DNA from: a virus
Lineage: Duplodnaviria > Heunggongvirae > Uroviricota > Caudoviricetes
DNA length: 34,736 nt
IMG/VR virus record: IMGVR_UViG_2734482783_000005
Reading direction: 5' to 3' (one strand)
Shown here: positions 22,415 through 30,216 of the stretch, piece by piece
How positions within the stretch are numbered: position 1 is the stretch's first letter
Layout: the number at the start of each line of letters is the position of its first letter
Notes under the pieces: model-generated
What the model was told of the DNA's origin: nothing
What the model saw: the letters and a program-made list of their open reading frames with translations, nothing else
Database searches by the model: none
Translations under genes and position numbers: made by a program

Positions 22415-23310
22415 AGATCCACCCCGTAAATCCAGTCTGTGTTTGTCAGGTCGAGTTTTGGTTTGCTGGCTGTCACGACTGCCTGTTGCTTGTTACGGTT
22501 GATTTCGAGCTGGGTCCACTTGTCGCGGAGTTTGGCCGGACTCAGCACGTTACCGGACCAGAAGTTGTCCTGGCAGGCCCAGCGGAAAAGCACACACATA
22601 TCGCGGTGGTTACGTCCGTCACGTTCACGCATCAGGCGGATATCGTTAGCCCACCCAGCAAAATTCGGTTTTCTGGCTGATGGCGCGATGGTCTTCACCA
22701 TGTCAAACATCCACTCTGCGGCGGTCAGGTCTTCTGCTGTCCCCCACTTGCTGCCGCTCTGAATTGCAGCATCCGGTTTCACCACAGAAAGATCGTTTTC
22801 TGGCTGGTCAGAGGATTCGCCAGAATTCTCTGACGAATAATCTTTTCTTTTTTCTTTTGTAATAGTGTCTTTTGTGTCCCCCTGTTTTGAGGGATAGCAA
22901 TCCCCCAATTTGAGGGATGTTTTATCCCTCGTTTTAGGGGATTTTCCCTCGTTTTGAGGGATGCACCATTCTGAGATGTTTTTATTTGGTCCAAACATGC
23001 CGCCTTGCTGCTTGATAATATTCATTCTGACGAGTTCTAACTTGGCTTCATTGCACCGTTTGACAGGTAACTTTGTAATCTCGCTAAGTTGAGAATCGGT
23101 GATTCTGTCCATTGGTTTATTCCACCCATAGGTTTTACGCAGAATGGCAAGCAGCACTTTAAACTGTCGCTTGGTCAGATCTGCGCCCGAATAAGCCTCA
23201 AGCAGCATATTTGATAGTCTGGCGTAACCATCATCGAGATCTGCCACATTACGCTCCTGTCCGGCAAAGTTACCTCTGCCGAAGTTGAGTATTTTTGCTG
23301 TATTTGTCAT
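22411..23310 (-). CDS. O: Replication initiator O (299 aa)
   Basis: MTNTAKILNFGRGNFAGQERNVADLDDGYARLSNMLLEAYSGADLTKRQFKVLLAILRKTYGWNKPMDRITDSQLSEITKLPVKRCNEAKLELVRMNIIKQQGGMFGPNKNISEWCIPQNEGKSPKTRDKTSLKLGDCYPS...; lambda O, with ori inside the gene. Confidence 0.95.
   Translation of the reverse strand: MTNTAKILNFGRGNFAGQERNVADLDDGYARLSNMLLEAYSGADLTKRQFKVLLAILRKTYGWNKPMDRITDSQLSEITKLPVKRCNEAKLELVRMNIIKQQGGMFGPNKNISEWCIPQNEGKSPKTRDKTSLKLGDCYPSKQGDTKDTITKEKRKDYSSENSGESSDQPENDLSVVKPDAAIQSGSKWGTAEDLTAAEWMFDMVKTIAPSARKPNFAGWANDIRLMRERDGRNHRDMCVLFRWACQDNFWSGNVLSPAKLRDKWTQLEINRNKQQAVVTASKPKLDLTNTDWIYGVDL
22875..22962. repeat. ori-lambda iterons: four tandem O-binding repeats, with an adjacent AT-rich unwinding region at about 22810..22870
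   Basis: Four tandem ~20-bp repeats containing TCCC(T/C)C..GAGGGA-type cores (for example tccctcgttttgaggga and atccctcgttttaggggat), then an A/T-rich stretch containing ttttcttttttcttttgtaatag. Confidence 0.85.
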
Positions 23311-23342
23311 AATGACTCCTGTGGATTGATCCAGTAATTCCC

Positions 23343-23639
23343 TCAGAATTGCATATCAATTTGCTTAGAGTCCCCGGCGGCCACCGGGGATTTTTTCTTT
23401 GTGATTCCATCAAGCGCATACTTAAAAGCCCTACTAATCGGACTGATGTCTGATGCCATTCCGAAAGCACACAAGACTGAAGCAATAAATCTCCAGTCCG
23501 TTCTGCTTATCTTCGATTCATGACAGCCAATCATCTTTGCCAGACCGCGCTGAGTAAGCGTTGACAGGTTGATAAGTAAATCTGTTTCTGCGCGATCAAC
23601 GTCGCGCTGTGATAGTTTGCTGTAACTTGTTCGTTCCAT
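23343..23639 (-). CDS. cII: CII-like transcriptional activator (98 aa)
   Basis: MERTSYSKLSQRDVDRAETDLLINLSTLTQRGLAKMIGCHESKISRTDWRFIASVLCAFGMASDISPISRAFKYALDGITKKKSPVAAGDSKQIDMQF; same size and architecture as lambda CII, including a similar C-terminal tail, but diverged sequence. Confidence 0.75.
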   Translation of the reverse strand: MERTSYSKLSQRDVDRAETDLLINLSTLTQRGLAKMIGCHESKISRTDWRFIASVLCAFGMASDISPISRAFKYALDGITKKKSPVAAGDSKQIDMQF

Positions 23640-23724
23640 TTCTTAAGATTTCCAATAGTGAATAGCTAGTTGAAAGGTATGCGTGGAAACGCATATGGCC
23701 TTAGTTGGTCAGATATCTTGGAAC

Positions 23725-23772
23725 TCGCTTTTCAGCGACGTAGGACGAATGTCCGTTGTTACAAAGAGCGGC
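23725..23772 (-). promoter_or_regulatory. nutR-like site: boxA (GCCGCTCTTTGT) plus two hairpins, the second of boxB type with GAAA(A) loop
   Basis: Minus-strand reading: gccgctctttgtaacaacg-GACattcGTC-ctacgt-CGCTgaaaAGCG. This is collinear with the nutL-like site at 26208..26253, with compensatory changes in both stems. Confidence 0.55.
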
Positions 23773-23780
23773 TCCGCTTA

Positions 23781-23996
23781 TTAAGCGGCTTTGTGTTCCG
23801 GCGGGAACACGTCATCAAGACTTACTTTTGCGCCTAACTTATTTAGACACGCAACAATAGCACGGCATGTTTTAAGGTCTGGGAAGCGACGACCAGATTC
23901 CCAATGTCCGATAGCTCCCTGTGTGCATCCAACTGCCTTAGCAAGTGTTGTTTGAGAGATATTCAGTGACTCTCGATATTTTCGTAGGTTGCTCAT
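23781..23996 (-). CDS. cro: Cro-like repressor (XRE-family HTH, about 71 aa)
   Basis: MSNLRKYRESLNISQTTLAKAVGCTQGAIGHWESGRRFPDLKTCRAIVACLNKLGAKVSLDDVFPPEHKAA; divergent from cI; GGAGGG Shine-Dalgarno before the chosen start. The track ORF has a 23-codon upstream extension that I consider unlikely to be translated. Confidence 0.75.
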   Translation of the reverse strand: MSNLRKYRESLNISQTTLAKAVGCTQGAIGHWESGRRFPDLKTCRAIVACLNKLGAKVSLDDVFPPEHKAA

Positions 23997-24106
23997 ATGC
24001 CCTCCATAGTAACCTCGAATAAAAAATACAATATGTACTTTCCAAATACAAGCAAAAATACACATTGTGCATGGATGGTTCCAGTACAGAGCGTAATAAT
24101 AAGGAC
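23997..24106. promoter_or_regulatory. Divergent immunity control region (OR with PR/PRM) between cro and cI
   Basis: 110-bp AT-rich intergenic region containing several short palindromes (TACAATATGTA at 24027..24037; CACATTGTG) and repeated AAATACA motifs; operators are inferred by position only. Confidence 0.5.
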
Positions 24107-24766
24107 ATGAAAATGAAATGGTATGAACTGGCTAGATCCAGAATGAAAGAGCTCGGCATAACTCAAGAGAAGTTAGCCGAAGAGCTAGGTATGACGCAGG
24201 GTGGGATTGGACACTGGTTGCGCGGATCTCGTCATCCATCTCTTAGTGATATTGGTGTGGTGTTTAAATACCTTGGTATTGATAACATATCATTCAACCA
24301 CGACGGGACATTTTCACCTGTTGGCGAATACTCATCGGCCCCAGTTAAAAAACAATATGAGTACCCTGTATTTTCTCATGTTCAGGCTGGGATGTTCTCT
24401 CCAGAACTCAGAACCTTTACCAAAGGCGATGCGGAGAGATTGGTAAGCACAACCAAAAAAGCCAGTGACTCTGCATTCTGGCTTGAGGTTGAAGGTAACT
24501 CAATGACCGCACCAACAGGTTCCAAACCCAGTTTTCCTGACGGGATGTTAATTCTGGTTGACCCTGAGCAAGCTGTTGAGCCCGGCGATTTCTGCATAGC
24601 CAGACTTGGTGGTGATGAATTTACCTTCAAGAAACTGATCAGGGATAGCGGTCAGGTGTTTCTACAGCCACTAAACCCACAATACCCAATGATCCCATGC
24701 AATGAGAGTTGTTCCGTTGTGGGGAAAGTTATCGCTAGTCAGTGGCCTGAAGAGACGTTTGGGTAA
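24107..24766 (+). CDS. cI: CI prophage repressor: non-lambda N-terminal HTH domain fused to a lambda-type C-terminal LexA-like (S24) autocleavage/dimerisation domain
   Basis: N-terminus [45 protein letters not shown] is unlike lambda CI; the C-terminus ...[135 protein letters not shown] matches the lambda CI C-terminal domain. AAGGA Shine-Dalgarno before the chosen start. Confidence 0.9.
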   Translation: MKMKWYELARSRMKELGITQEKLAEELGMTQGGIGHWLRGSRHPSLSDIGVVFKYLGIDNISFNHDGTFSPVGEYSSAPVKKQYEYPVFSHVQAGMFSPELRTFTKGDAERLVSTTKKASDSAFWLEVEGNSMTAPTGSKPSFPDGMLILVDPEQAVEPGDFCIARLGGDEFTFKKLIRDSGQVFLQPLNPQYPMIPCNESCSVVGKVIASQWPEETFG

Positions 24767-24838
24767 TTCCAATTGTGATTAATAAAAAACCGATAGTGCA
24801 ACATGTTATTGTAAATTGTTGATATAGCAAGGTATCAC

Positions 24839-25741
24839 ATGAGCCAAAATCTTGATTCAACACTAGAAACATACATTTCTTGGCAGTTAGAGCAATTTAA
24901 AAATAACTTTTTCCCAAGCTGCGACGTCATAGCGTACTACGGTGGTATCTTTCCATGGTCAAAAGAAGTTTACCAACCAAAACTTGAGGCTATTGGGGAG
25001 ATGGCTAACAGTCGTACCAATAGATTTCTAGTTATTATACTCAATACAAATGGTGGCTCTGTTGAGTCTGTGGAAAAAATGGTAGAAATTACAAGGCATT
25101 TCTATCAAGAGGTATATTTTATCATTCCAGATATGGCCATGTCGGCAGGCACAATATGGTGTATGTCTGGAGATAAAATTTACATGAACTATGCTTCTTC
25201 ATTAGGCCCCATTGACCCTCAAGTGCAATCCTCTGACGGTAAATGGGTTCCTGCTTTGGGATACCTTGATAAAGTTGAAGAAATGATTACTAAATCCAGA
25301 GAAGGAACCATTACCCAAGCTGAACTAATGATGCTTAGTCAGTTAGATCTTGCGCACTTAAGGAGATACGAGCAAGCCAGAGAGCTATCAATAGACTTGC
25401 TTAAGAAGTGGCTTGTAGAGTATAAATTCAGAGAGTGGACGGTTCATCAAGGTAACACAAAACGAGGAAAGCTAGTTTCCAAGAGGGAAAAAGAAGCAAG
25501 AGCTAAAATGATCGCTACCGCTCTTAGTGACAACGGAAAGTGGCATTCTCACGGAAGAACGATAGGAATAAATACTCTTATCAATGACTTAAGAATTAAA
25601 GTAGAAGACTTTACATACGACAAAGATTTTAGCATGGCGTTAAAAAATCTGCACAACGTCATTAATGAATACATGTATAAGACAAATCGACAGGTTCTTG
25701 TTCTGTCTTCATTCCCCTTCTCAGAACAAAGTGAGTCATAA
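24839..25741 (+). CDS. ClpP/SppA-fold (S49/SDH-like) serine-peptidase-domain protein, 300 aa, in the cI-downstream slot
   Basis: ...RFLVIILNTNGGSVESVEKMVEITRHFYQEVYFIIPDMAMSAGTIWCMSGDKIYMNYASSLGPIDPQ... aligns by eye with the ClpP core (LNSPGGSV ... GQAASMGA), placing a candidate nucleophile Ser in MSAGT. AT-rich; C-terminal half Lys/Glu-rich and helical-looking; no TM segment seen. Confidence 0.7.
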   Translation: MSQNLDSTLETYISWQLEQFKNNFFPSCDVIAYYGGIFPWSKEVYQPKLEAIGEMANSRTNRFLVIILNTNGGSVESVEKMVEITRHFYQEVYFIIPDMAMSAGTIWCMSGDKIYMNYASSLGPIDPQVQSSDGKWVPALGYLDKVEEMITKSREGTITQAELMMLSQLDLAHLRRYEQARELSIDLLKKWLVEYKFREWTVHQGNTKRGKLVSKREKEARAKMIATALSDNGKWHSHGRTIGINTLINDLRIKVEDFTYDKDFSMALKNLHNVINEYMYKTNRQVLVLSSFPFSEQSES

Positions 25742-25912
25742 ATGAGCAAAGACAAATCACTGACACAGCAAGTGGCAGAAATACTTAGCAAGCAAAAAGT
25801 TAGCGAGCAAGGTAAAATGATTCAATCATTAAAGAACAACGGATTGATCAACAAGCCTGTTTTTACTTTGGCTTATGGACCTGATACTACAGTCTGCCAA
25901 ATGCACCAATAA
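25742..25912 (+). CDS. Small hypothetical protein (56 aa) coupled to the upstream peptidase-like gene
   Basis: MSKDKSLTQQVAEILSKQKVSEQGKMIQSLKNNGLINKPVFTLAYGPDTTVCQMHQ; its ATG directly follows the upstream TAA (TAAATG); below the 60-aa cutoff of the ORF track; followed by an intrinsic terminator. Confidence 0.45.
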   Translation: MSKDKSLTQQVAEILSKQKVSEQGKMIQSLKNNGLINKPVFTLAYGPDTTVCQMHQ

Positions 25913-25922
25913 CAAAACCCCA

Positions 25923-25948
25923 CCCGGCCTCAGCGCCGGGTTTTCTTT
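25923..25948 (+). terminator. Intrinsic terminator ending the cI-cargo operon (tImm-equivalent)
   Basis: Hairpin CCCGGC-ctcagc-GCCGGG (25923..25940) followed by TTTTCTTT (25941..25948). Confidence 0.7.
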
Positions 25949-26133
25949 GCCTCACGCCCCCACCTAAAGACACATAACCAAATGTATTTATTGAAAAATA
26001 AATAGATACAACTCACTAAACCACGCAATTCTGATCTCTCCTTACATCGCCGAGGCGATACACCCACGCTAAAAAACAACACTATTAAATACAAAGTGTT
26101 ATAAAAAATCACCCCATTTTAGAACAAATCGTA

Positions 26134-26162
26134 TTGACCAAATAAAGTACATATCGTACTAT
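26134..26162 (+). promoter_or_regulatory. Candidate PL promoter (-35 TTGACC, 17-nt spacer, -10 TACTAT) with an overlapping palindrome AGTAC-N5-GTACT
   Basis: TTGACC at 26134..26139 and TACTAT at 26157..26162, upstream of the nutL-like site and N; the palindrome at 26146..26160 sits in the spacer. Confidence 0.5.
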
Positions 26163-26207
26163 TTAACCGTCAGCAGGACGCTGGAAGCCAAACGGAACAG
26201 ACTGGCA

Positions 26208-26253
26208 GGCTCTTTAAACAACGTCGAACTCTCGACTACGTGGCTGAAAAGCC
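26208..26253 (+). promoter_or_regulatory. nutL-like site: boxA (GCTCTTTAA) plus two hairpins, the second of boxB type with GAAA(A) loop
   Basis: ggctctttaaacaacg-TCGAactcTCGA-ctacgt-GGCTgaaaAGCC; collinear with the nutR-like site, with compensatory stem changes. Confidence 0.55.
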
Positions 26254-26352
26254 AGATCACCCAACCACATGAGCTGTGGGATGCAATGCCGAAGCAACCG
26301 TCTCAGGAGGAGCTTCGAGATTGCATCGCCAAAGTTTATTCGGGAGGAATCT

Positions 26353-26625
26353 ATGTCCAGAAAAACAGAATTTAAAGGCACCGCAGCTTCTCGCCGTAGA
26401 GCTCGTCGCGCAAATCTGCAAAGTCAGGAGTCGATTAGCTCCGACAAGCTACACAGGCCAACCCCCTCACGAGTGGTCTTGCAATGCAAGCGCAAACCAG
26501 CAATGAGAGCAGAAGTAATAACACTGACAACGTTGACCAGAAAATATGAAGGTTCAACTTGTCTTCCGAACGTAGCTCTTTACGCGGCAGGCTACCGGAA
26601 ATCCAAACAACTGACAGCAAGATGA
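26353..26625 (+). CDS. N: N-like transcription antiterminator (90 aa) with arginine-rich motif
   Basis: MSRKTEFKGTAASRRRARRANLQSQESISSDKLHRPTPSRVVLQCKRKP...; Arg-rich N-terminal motif, GGAGG Shine-Dalgarno, position immediately downstream of PL/nutL. The track ORF starts 28 codons upstream at a less likely ATG. Confidence 0.7.
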   Translation: MSRKTEFKGTAASRRRARRANLQSQESISSDKLHRPTPSRVVLQCKRKPAMRAEVITLTTLTRKYEGSTCLPNVALYAAGYRKSKQLTAR

Positions 26626-26683
26626 CTTGTGTTGGTCGCCAGAAAATGAAATTAGGCAGCAAACCACTTATTTGAGGTGAGAT

Positions 26684-26770
26684 ATGGAAGAAGAATTTGA
26701 AGAGTTCGAAGAGCATCCTCAGGATGTGATGGAACAATACCAGGACTATCCGTATGACTACGACTATTGA
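26684..26770 (+). CDS. Small acidic protein (28 aa), lambda orf28-like
   Basis: MEEEFEEFEEHPQDVMEQYQDYPYDYDY; position between N and ral as in lambda; very short, so weakly supported. Confidence 0.35.
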   Translation: MEEEFEEFEEHPQDVMEQYQDYPYDYDY

Positions 26771-26954
26771 TAAAAATCAATGGTGTGGACAATTCAAGCG
26801 ATGCAATGGATGCAAGCTGCAATCGGAATGCATGGTTAAGCCTGAAGAAATGTTTCCTGTAATGGAAGATGGGAAATATGTCGATAAATGGGCAATACGA
26901 ACGACGGCAATGATTGCCAGAGAACTTGGTAAACAGAACAACAAGGCTGCCTGA
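26754..26954 (+). CDS. ral: Ral, restriction alleviation protein (66 aa)
   Basis: MTTTIDKNQWCGQFKRCNGCKLQSECMVKPEEMFPVMEDGKYVDKWAIRTTAMIARELGKQNNKAA; matches lambda Ral as I recall it. Confidence 0.8.
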   Translation: MTTTIDKNQWCGQFKRCNGCKLQSECMVKPEEMFPVMEDGKYVDKWAIRTTAMIARELGKQNNKAA

Positions 26955-27013
26955 TGGTGGCCTTTATTTTTTGGCCGTAAATAATTTCATGCTTATTACA
27001 ATCAAGGGGATAT

Positions 27014-27463
27014 ATGGAAGAACAAGCAAACAAGATTCTCGTAGAACTACTGCAAAAAGCCAGCAATGGAATAGACACGGCTGTTTCATTCAGCCAGGCG
27101 CAGATTCCTGATGTTGTTCATCAGTTGCTGCTATGGAATATGGTTGACAGTCTGATTAAAACATTAATAGCCATTCTAACAATCCCACTGGTTTTCTGGT
27201 TTATGAAGAAGCAGTGCCGAAGAGTTGAGACAGGTAAAATCGGTGATGAAGGATATTCATGGGAGAAGGGAAATCCCAAATACAGGCCGACAATGGTTTG
27301 GGATAGCAAAGGTGATATTAATCTTCTTATCATGCCATTAGTTGGAGTTTTGGCTCTGTGGGGGATTTTTATTATTAGTGCAGTAACCAATATGACATGG
27401 TTAAAAATTTTGCTGGCTCCAAAGCTTTACCTTATCGAATATGCAGCATCATTGGTTAAGTAA
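27014..27463 (+). CDS. Membrane protein, SieB-like superinfection exclusion candidate (149 aa)
   Basis: MEEQANKILVELLQKASNGIDTAVSFSQAQIPDVVHQLLLWNMVDSLIKTLIAILTIPLVFWFMKK... with two or three predicted TM helices; occupies the lambda sieB/git position between ral and Ea10. Confidence 0.5.
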   Translation: MEEQANKILVELLQKASNGIDTAVSFSQAQIPDVVHQLLLWNMVDSLIKTLIAILTIPLVFWFMKKQCRRVETGKIGDEGYSWEKGNPKYRPTMVWDSKGDINLLIMPLVGVLALWGIFIISAVTNMTWLKILLAPKLYLIEYAASLVK

Positions 27464-27467
27464 TTTC

Positions 27468-27495
27468 AGGCCGCATAGTCGGCCTTTATTTTTGG
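27468..27495 (+). terminator. Intrinsic terminator (tL-type) after the SieB-like gene
   Basis: Hairpin AGGCCG-catagt-CGGCCT followed by TTTATTTTT. Confidence 0.6.
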
Positions 27496-27612
27496 CACTA
27501 ACAACAGAATAAACACTGCACTGTGTATTCATTCCAACGAGTGAATACACGGAGCAATGTCGCTCGTAACTAAACAGGAGCCGACTTGTTCTGATTATTG
27601 GAAATCTTCTTT

Positions 27613-27640
27613 GCCCTCCAGTATGAGGGCGATTTTTTAT
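27613..27640 (+). terminator. Second intrinsic terminator in the early-left operon
   Basis: Hairpin GCCCTC-cagtat-GAGGGC followed by GATTTTTTAT. Confidence 0.55.
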
Positions 27641-27658
27641 CTGTGAGGATATGAATAG

Positions 27659-28027
27659 ATGTCAAACATCAAAAAATACATCATTGATTACGACTGGAAA
27701 GCATCAATAGAAATTGAAATCGACCATGACGTAATGACAGAGGAAAAACTTTACCAGATTAATAATTTCTGGTCAGACTCTGAATACCGACTCAATAAAC
27801 ACGGCTCTGTATTAAATGCTGTATTAATCATGCTGGCGCAACATGCTCTGCTTATAGCAATTTCAAGCGACTTAAATGCATATGGTGTTGTGTGTGAGTT
27901 CGACTGGAATGATGGAAATGGTCAGGAAGGATGGCCTCCAATGGATGGTAGCGAAGGAATAAGAATTACCGATATCGATACATCAGGAATATTTGATTCA
28001 GATGATATGACTATCAAGGCCGCCTGA
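27659..28027 (+). CDS. Ea10-like early protein (122 aa)
   Basis: MSNIKKYIIDYDWKASIEIEIDHDVMTEEKLYQINNFWSDSEYRLNKHGSVLNAVLIMLAQHALLIAISSDLNAYGVVCEFDWNDGNGQEGWPPMDGSEGIRITDIDTSGIFDSDDMTIKAA; position and length as lambda Ea10, identification from memory. Confidence 0.6.
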   Translation: MSNIKKYIIDYDWKASIEIEIDHDVMTEEKLYQINNFWSDSEYRLNKHGSVLNAVLIMLAQHALLIAISSDLNAYGVVCEFDWNDGNGQEGWPPMDGSEGIRITDIDTSGIFDSDDMTIKAA

Positions 28028-28099
28028 GTGCGGTTTTACCGCATACCAATAACGCTTCACTCGAGGCGTTTTTCGTTATGTATAAATAAGGAGCACACC

Positions 28100-28264
28100 A
28101 TGCAATATGCCATTGCAGGGTGGCCTGTTGCTGGCTGCCCTTCCGAATCTTTACTTGAACGAATCACCCGTAAATTACGTGACGGATGGAAACGCCTTAT
28201 CAACATACTTAATCAGCCAGGAGTCCCAAAGAATGGATCAAACACTTATGGCTATCCAGACTAA
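28100..28264 (+). CDS. cIII: CIII, inhibitor of FtsH that stabilises CII (54 aa)
   Basis: [54 protein letters not shown]; lambda CIII. Confidence 0.9.
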   Translation: MQYAIAGWPVAGCPSESLLERITRKLRDGWKRLINILNQPGVPKNGSNTYGYPD

Positions 28265-28376
28265 ATTCACTATCGCCACTTTTATTGGCGATGAAAAGAT
28301 GTTTCGTGAAGCCGTCGACGCTTATAAAAAATGGATATTAATGCTGAAACTGAGATCAAGCAAAAGCATTCACTAA
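28233..28376 (+). CDS. kil: Kil, FtsZ inhibitor (47 aa)
   Basis: [47 protein letters not shown]; lambda Kil; overlaps the cIII 3' end in another frame. Confidence 0.85.
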   Translation: MDQTLMAIQTKFTIATFIGDEKMFREAVDAYKKWILMLKLRSSKSIH

Positions 28377-28451
28377 CCCCCTTTCCTGTTTACCTAATCA
28401 GCCTGGCATTTCGCGGGCGATATTTTCACAGCCATTTTCAGGAGTTCAGCC

Positions 28452-28748
28452 ATGAACGCTTATTACATTCAGGATCGTCTTGAGGCTCAGAGCTGGGCGC
28501 GTCACTACCAGCAGATCGCCCATGAAGAGAAAGAGGCAGAACTGGCAGACGACATGGAAAAAGGCCTTCCACAGCACCTGTTTGAATCACTCTGCATCGA
28601 TCATTTGCAACGCTGCGGGGCCAGCAAAAAAGCCATTACCCGTGCGTTTGATGACGATGTTGAGTTTCAGGAGCGCATGGCAGAACACATCCGGTACATG
28701 GTTGAAACCATTGCTCACCACCAGGTTGATATTGATTCAGAGGTATAA
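28452..28748 (+). CDS. gam: Gam, RecBCD inhibitor, short form (98 aa)
   Basis: [98 protein letters not shown]; lambda Gam. Confidence 0.9.
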   Translation: MNAYYIQDRLEAQSWARHYQQIAHEEKEAELADDMEKGLPQHLFESLCIDHLQRCGASKKAITRAFDDDVEFQERMAEHIRYMVETIAHHQVDIDSEV

Positions 28749-28753
28749 AACGG

Positions 28754-29539
28754 ATGAGTACAGCACTCGCAACGCTGGCTGGGAAGCTGGCTGAACGTGT
28801 CGGCATGGATTCTGTCGACCCACAGGAACTGATCACCACTCTTCGCCAGACGGCATTTAAAGGTGATGCCAGCGATGCGCAGTTCATCGCATTGTTGATC
28901 GTCGCCAACCAGTACGGCCTTAATCCGTGGACGAAAGAAATTTACGCCTTCCCTGATAAGCAGAACGGCATCGTTCCGGTGGTGGGCGTTGATGGCTGGT
29001 CCCGCATCATCAATGAAAACCAGCAGTTTGATGGCATGGACTTTGAGCAGGACAATGAATCCTGTACATGCCGGATTTACCGCAAGGACCGTAATCATCC
29101 GATCTGCGTTACCGAATGGATGGATGAATGCCGCCGCGAACCATTCAAAACTCGCGAAGGCAGAGAAATCACGGGGCCGTGGCAGTCGCATCCCAAACGG
29201 ATGTTACGGCATAAAGCCATGATTCAGTGTGCCCGTCTCGCCTTCGGATTTGCTGGTATCTATGACAAGGATGAAGCCGAGCGCATTGTCGAAAATACCG
29301 CATACACTGCAGAACGTCAGCCGGAACGCGACATCACTCCGGTTAACGATGAAACCATGCAGGAGATTAACACTCTGCTGATCGCCCTGGATAAAACATG
29401 GGATGACGACTTATTGCCGCTCTGTTCCCAGATATTTCGCCGCGACATTCGCGCATCGTCAGAACTGACACAGGCCGAAGCAGTGAAAGCTCTTGGATTC
29501 CTGAAACAGAAAGCCACTGAGCAGAAGGTGGCAGCATGA
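28754..29539 (+). CDS. bet: Bet (Red-beta single-strand annealing protein), 261 aa
   Basis: [100 protein letters not shown]...; lambda Bet. Confidence 0.95.
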   Translation: MSTALATLAGKLAERVGMDSVDPQELITTLRQTAFKGDASDAQFIALLIVANQYGLNPWTKEIYAFPDKQNGIVPVVGVDGWSRIINENQQFDGMDFEQDNESCTCRIYRKDRNHPICVTEWMDECRREPFKTREGREITGPWQSHPKRMLRHKAMIQCARLAFGFAGIYDKDEAERIVENTAYTAERQPERDITPVNDETMQEINTLLIALDKTWDDDLLPLCSQIFRRDIRASSELTQAEAVKALGFLKQKATEQKVAA

Positions 29540-30216
29540 CACCGGACATTATCCTGCAGCGTACCGGGATCGACGTGAGAGCTGTCGAACAGGGGGATGA
29601 TGCATGGCACAAATTACGGCTCGGCGTCATCACCGCTTCAGAAGTTCACAACGTGATAGCAAAGCCCCGCTCAGGAAAGAAGTGGCCTGACATGAAAATG
29701 TCCTACTTCCACACCCTGCTGGCTGAGGTTTGCACCGGTGTTGCTCCGGAAGTTAATGCTAAGGCGCTGGCCTGGGGAAAACAGTACGAGAACGACGCCA
29801 GAACCCTGTTTGAATTCACTTCCGGCGTGAATATTACTGAATCCCCGATCATCTATCGCGACGAAAGTATGCGCACCGCCTGCTCTCCCGATGGTTTATG
29901 CAGTGACGACAACGGCCTTGAACTGAAATGCCCGTTTACCTCCCGGGATTTCATGAAATTCCGGCTCGGTGGTTTCGAGGCAATAAAATCGGCTTACATG
30001 GCCCAGGTGCAGTACAGCATGTGGGTGACGCGAAAAGATGCCTGGTACTTTGCCAACTATGACCCGCGCATGAAGCGTGAAGGCCTGCATTATGTCGTGA
30101 TTGAGCGGAATGAAAAGTACATGGCGAGTTTTGACGAGATGGTGCCGGAGTTCATCGAAAAAATGGACGAGGCACTGGCTGAAATTGGTTTTGTATTTGG
30201 GGAGCAATGGCGATGA
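29536..30216 (+). CDS. exo: Exo (lambda 5'-3' exonuclease, Red-alpha), 226 aa
   Basis: [110 protein letters not shown]...; lambda Exo. Confidence 0.95.
   Translation: MTPDIILQRTGIDVRAVEQGDDAWHKLRLGVITASEVHNVIAKPRSGKKWPDMKMSYFHTLLAEVCTGVAPEVNAKALAWGKQYENDARTLFEFTSGVNITESPIIYRDESMRTACSPDGLCSDDNGLELKCPFTSRDFMKFRLGGFEAIKSAYMAQVQYSMWVTRKDAWYFANYDPRMKREGLHYVVIERNEKYMASFDEMVPEFIEKMDEALAEIGFVFGEQWR

Noticed and set aside
22875-22962. Tandem short repeats that could be mistaken for a CRISPR array
   Set aside because: Only four units, no unique spacers, and they lie inside the O gene at the position of the lambda origin; these are replication iterons.
28480-28794. 104-aa plus-strand ORF overlapping gam in another frame
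   Set aside because: Out-of-frame overlap with the well-supported Gam reading frame; Arg/Thr-rich artefact.
28715-29191. 158-aa minus-strand ORF
   Set aside because: Antisense to bet.
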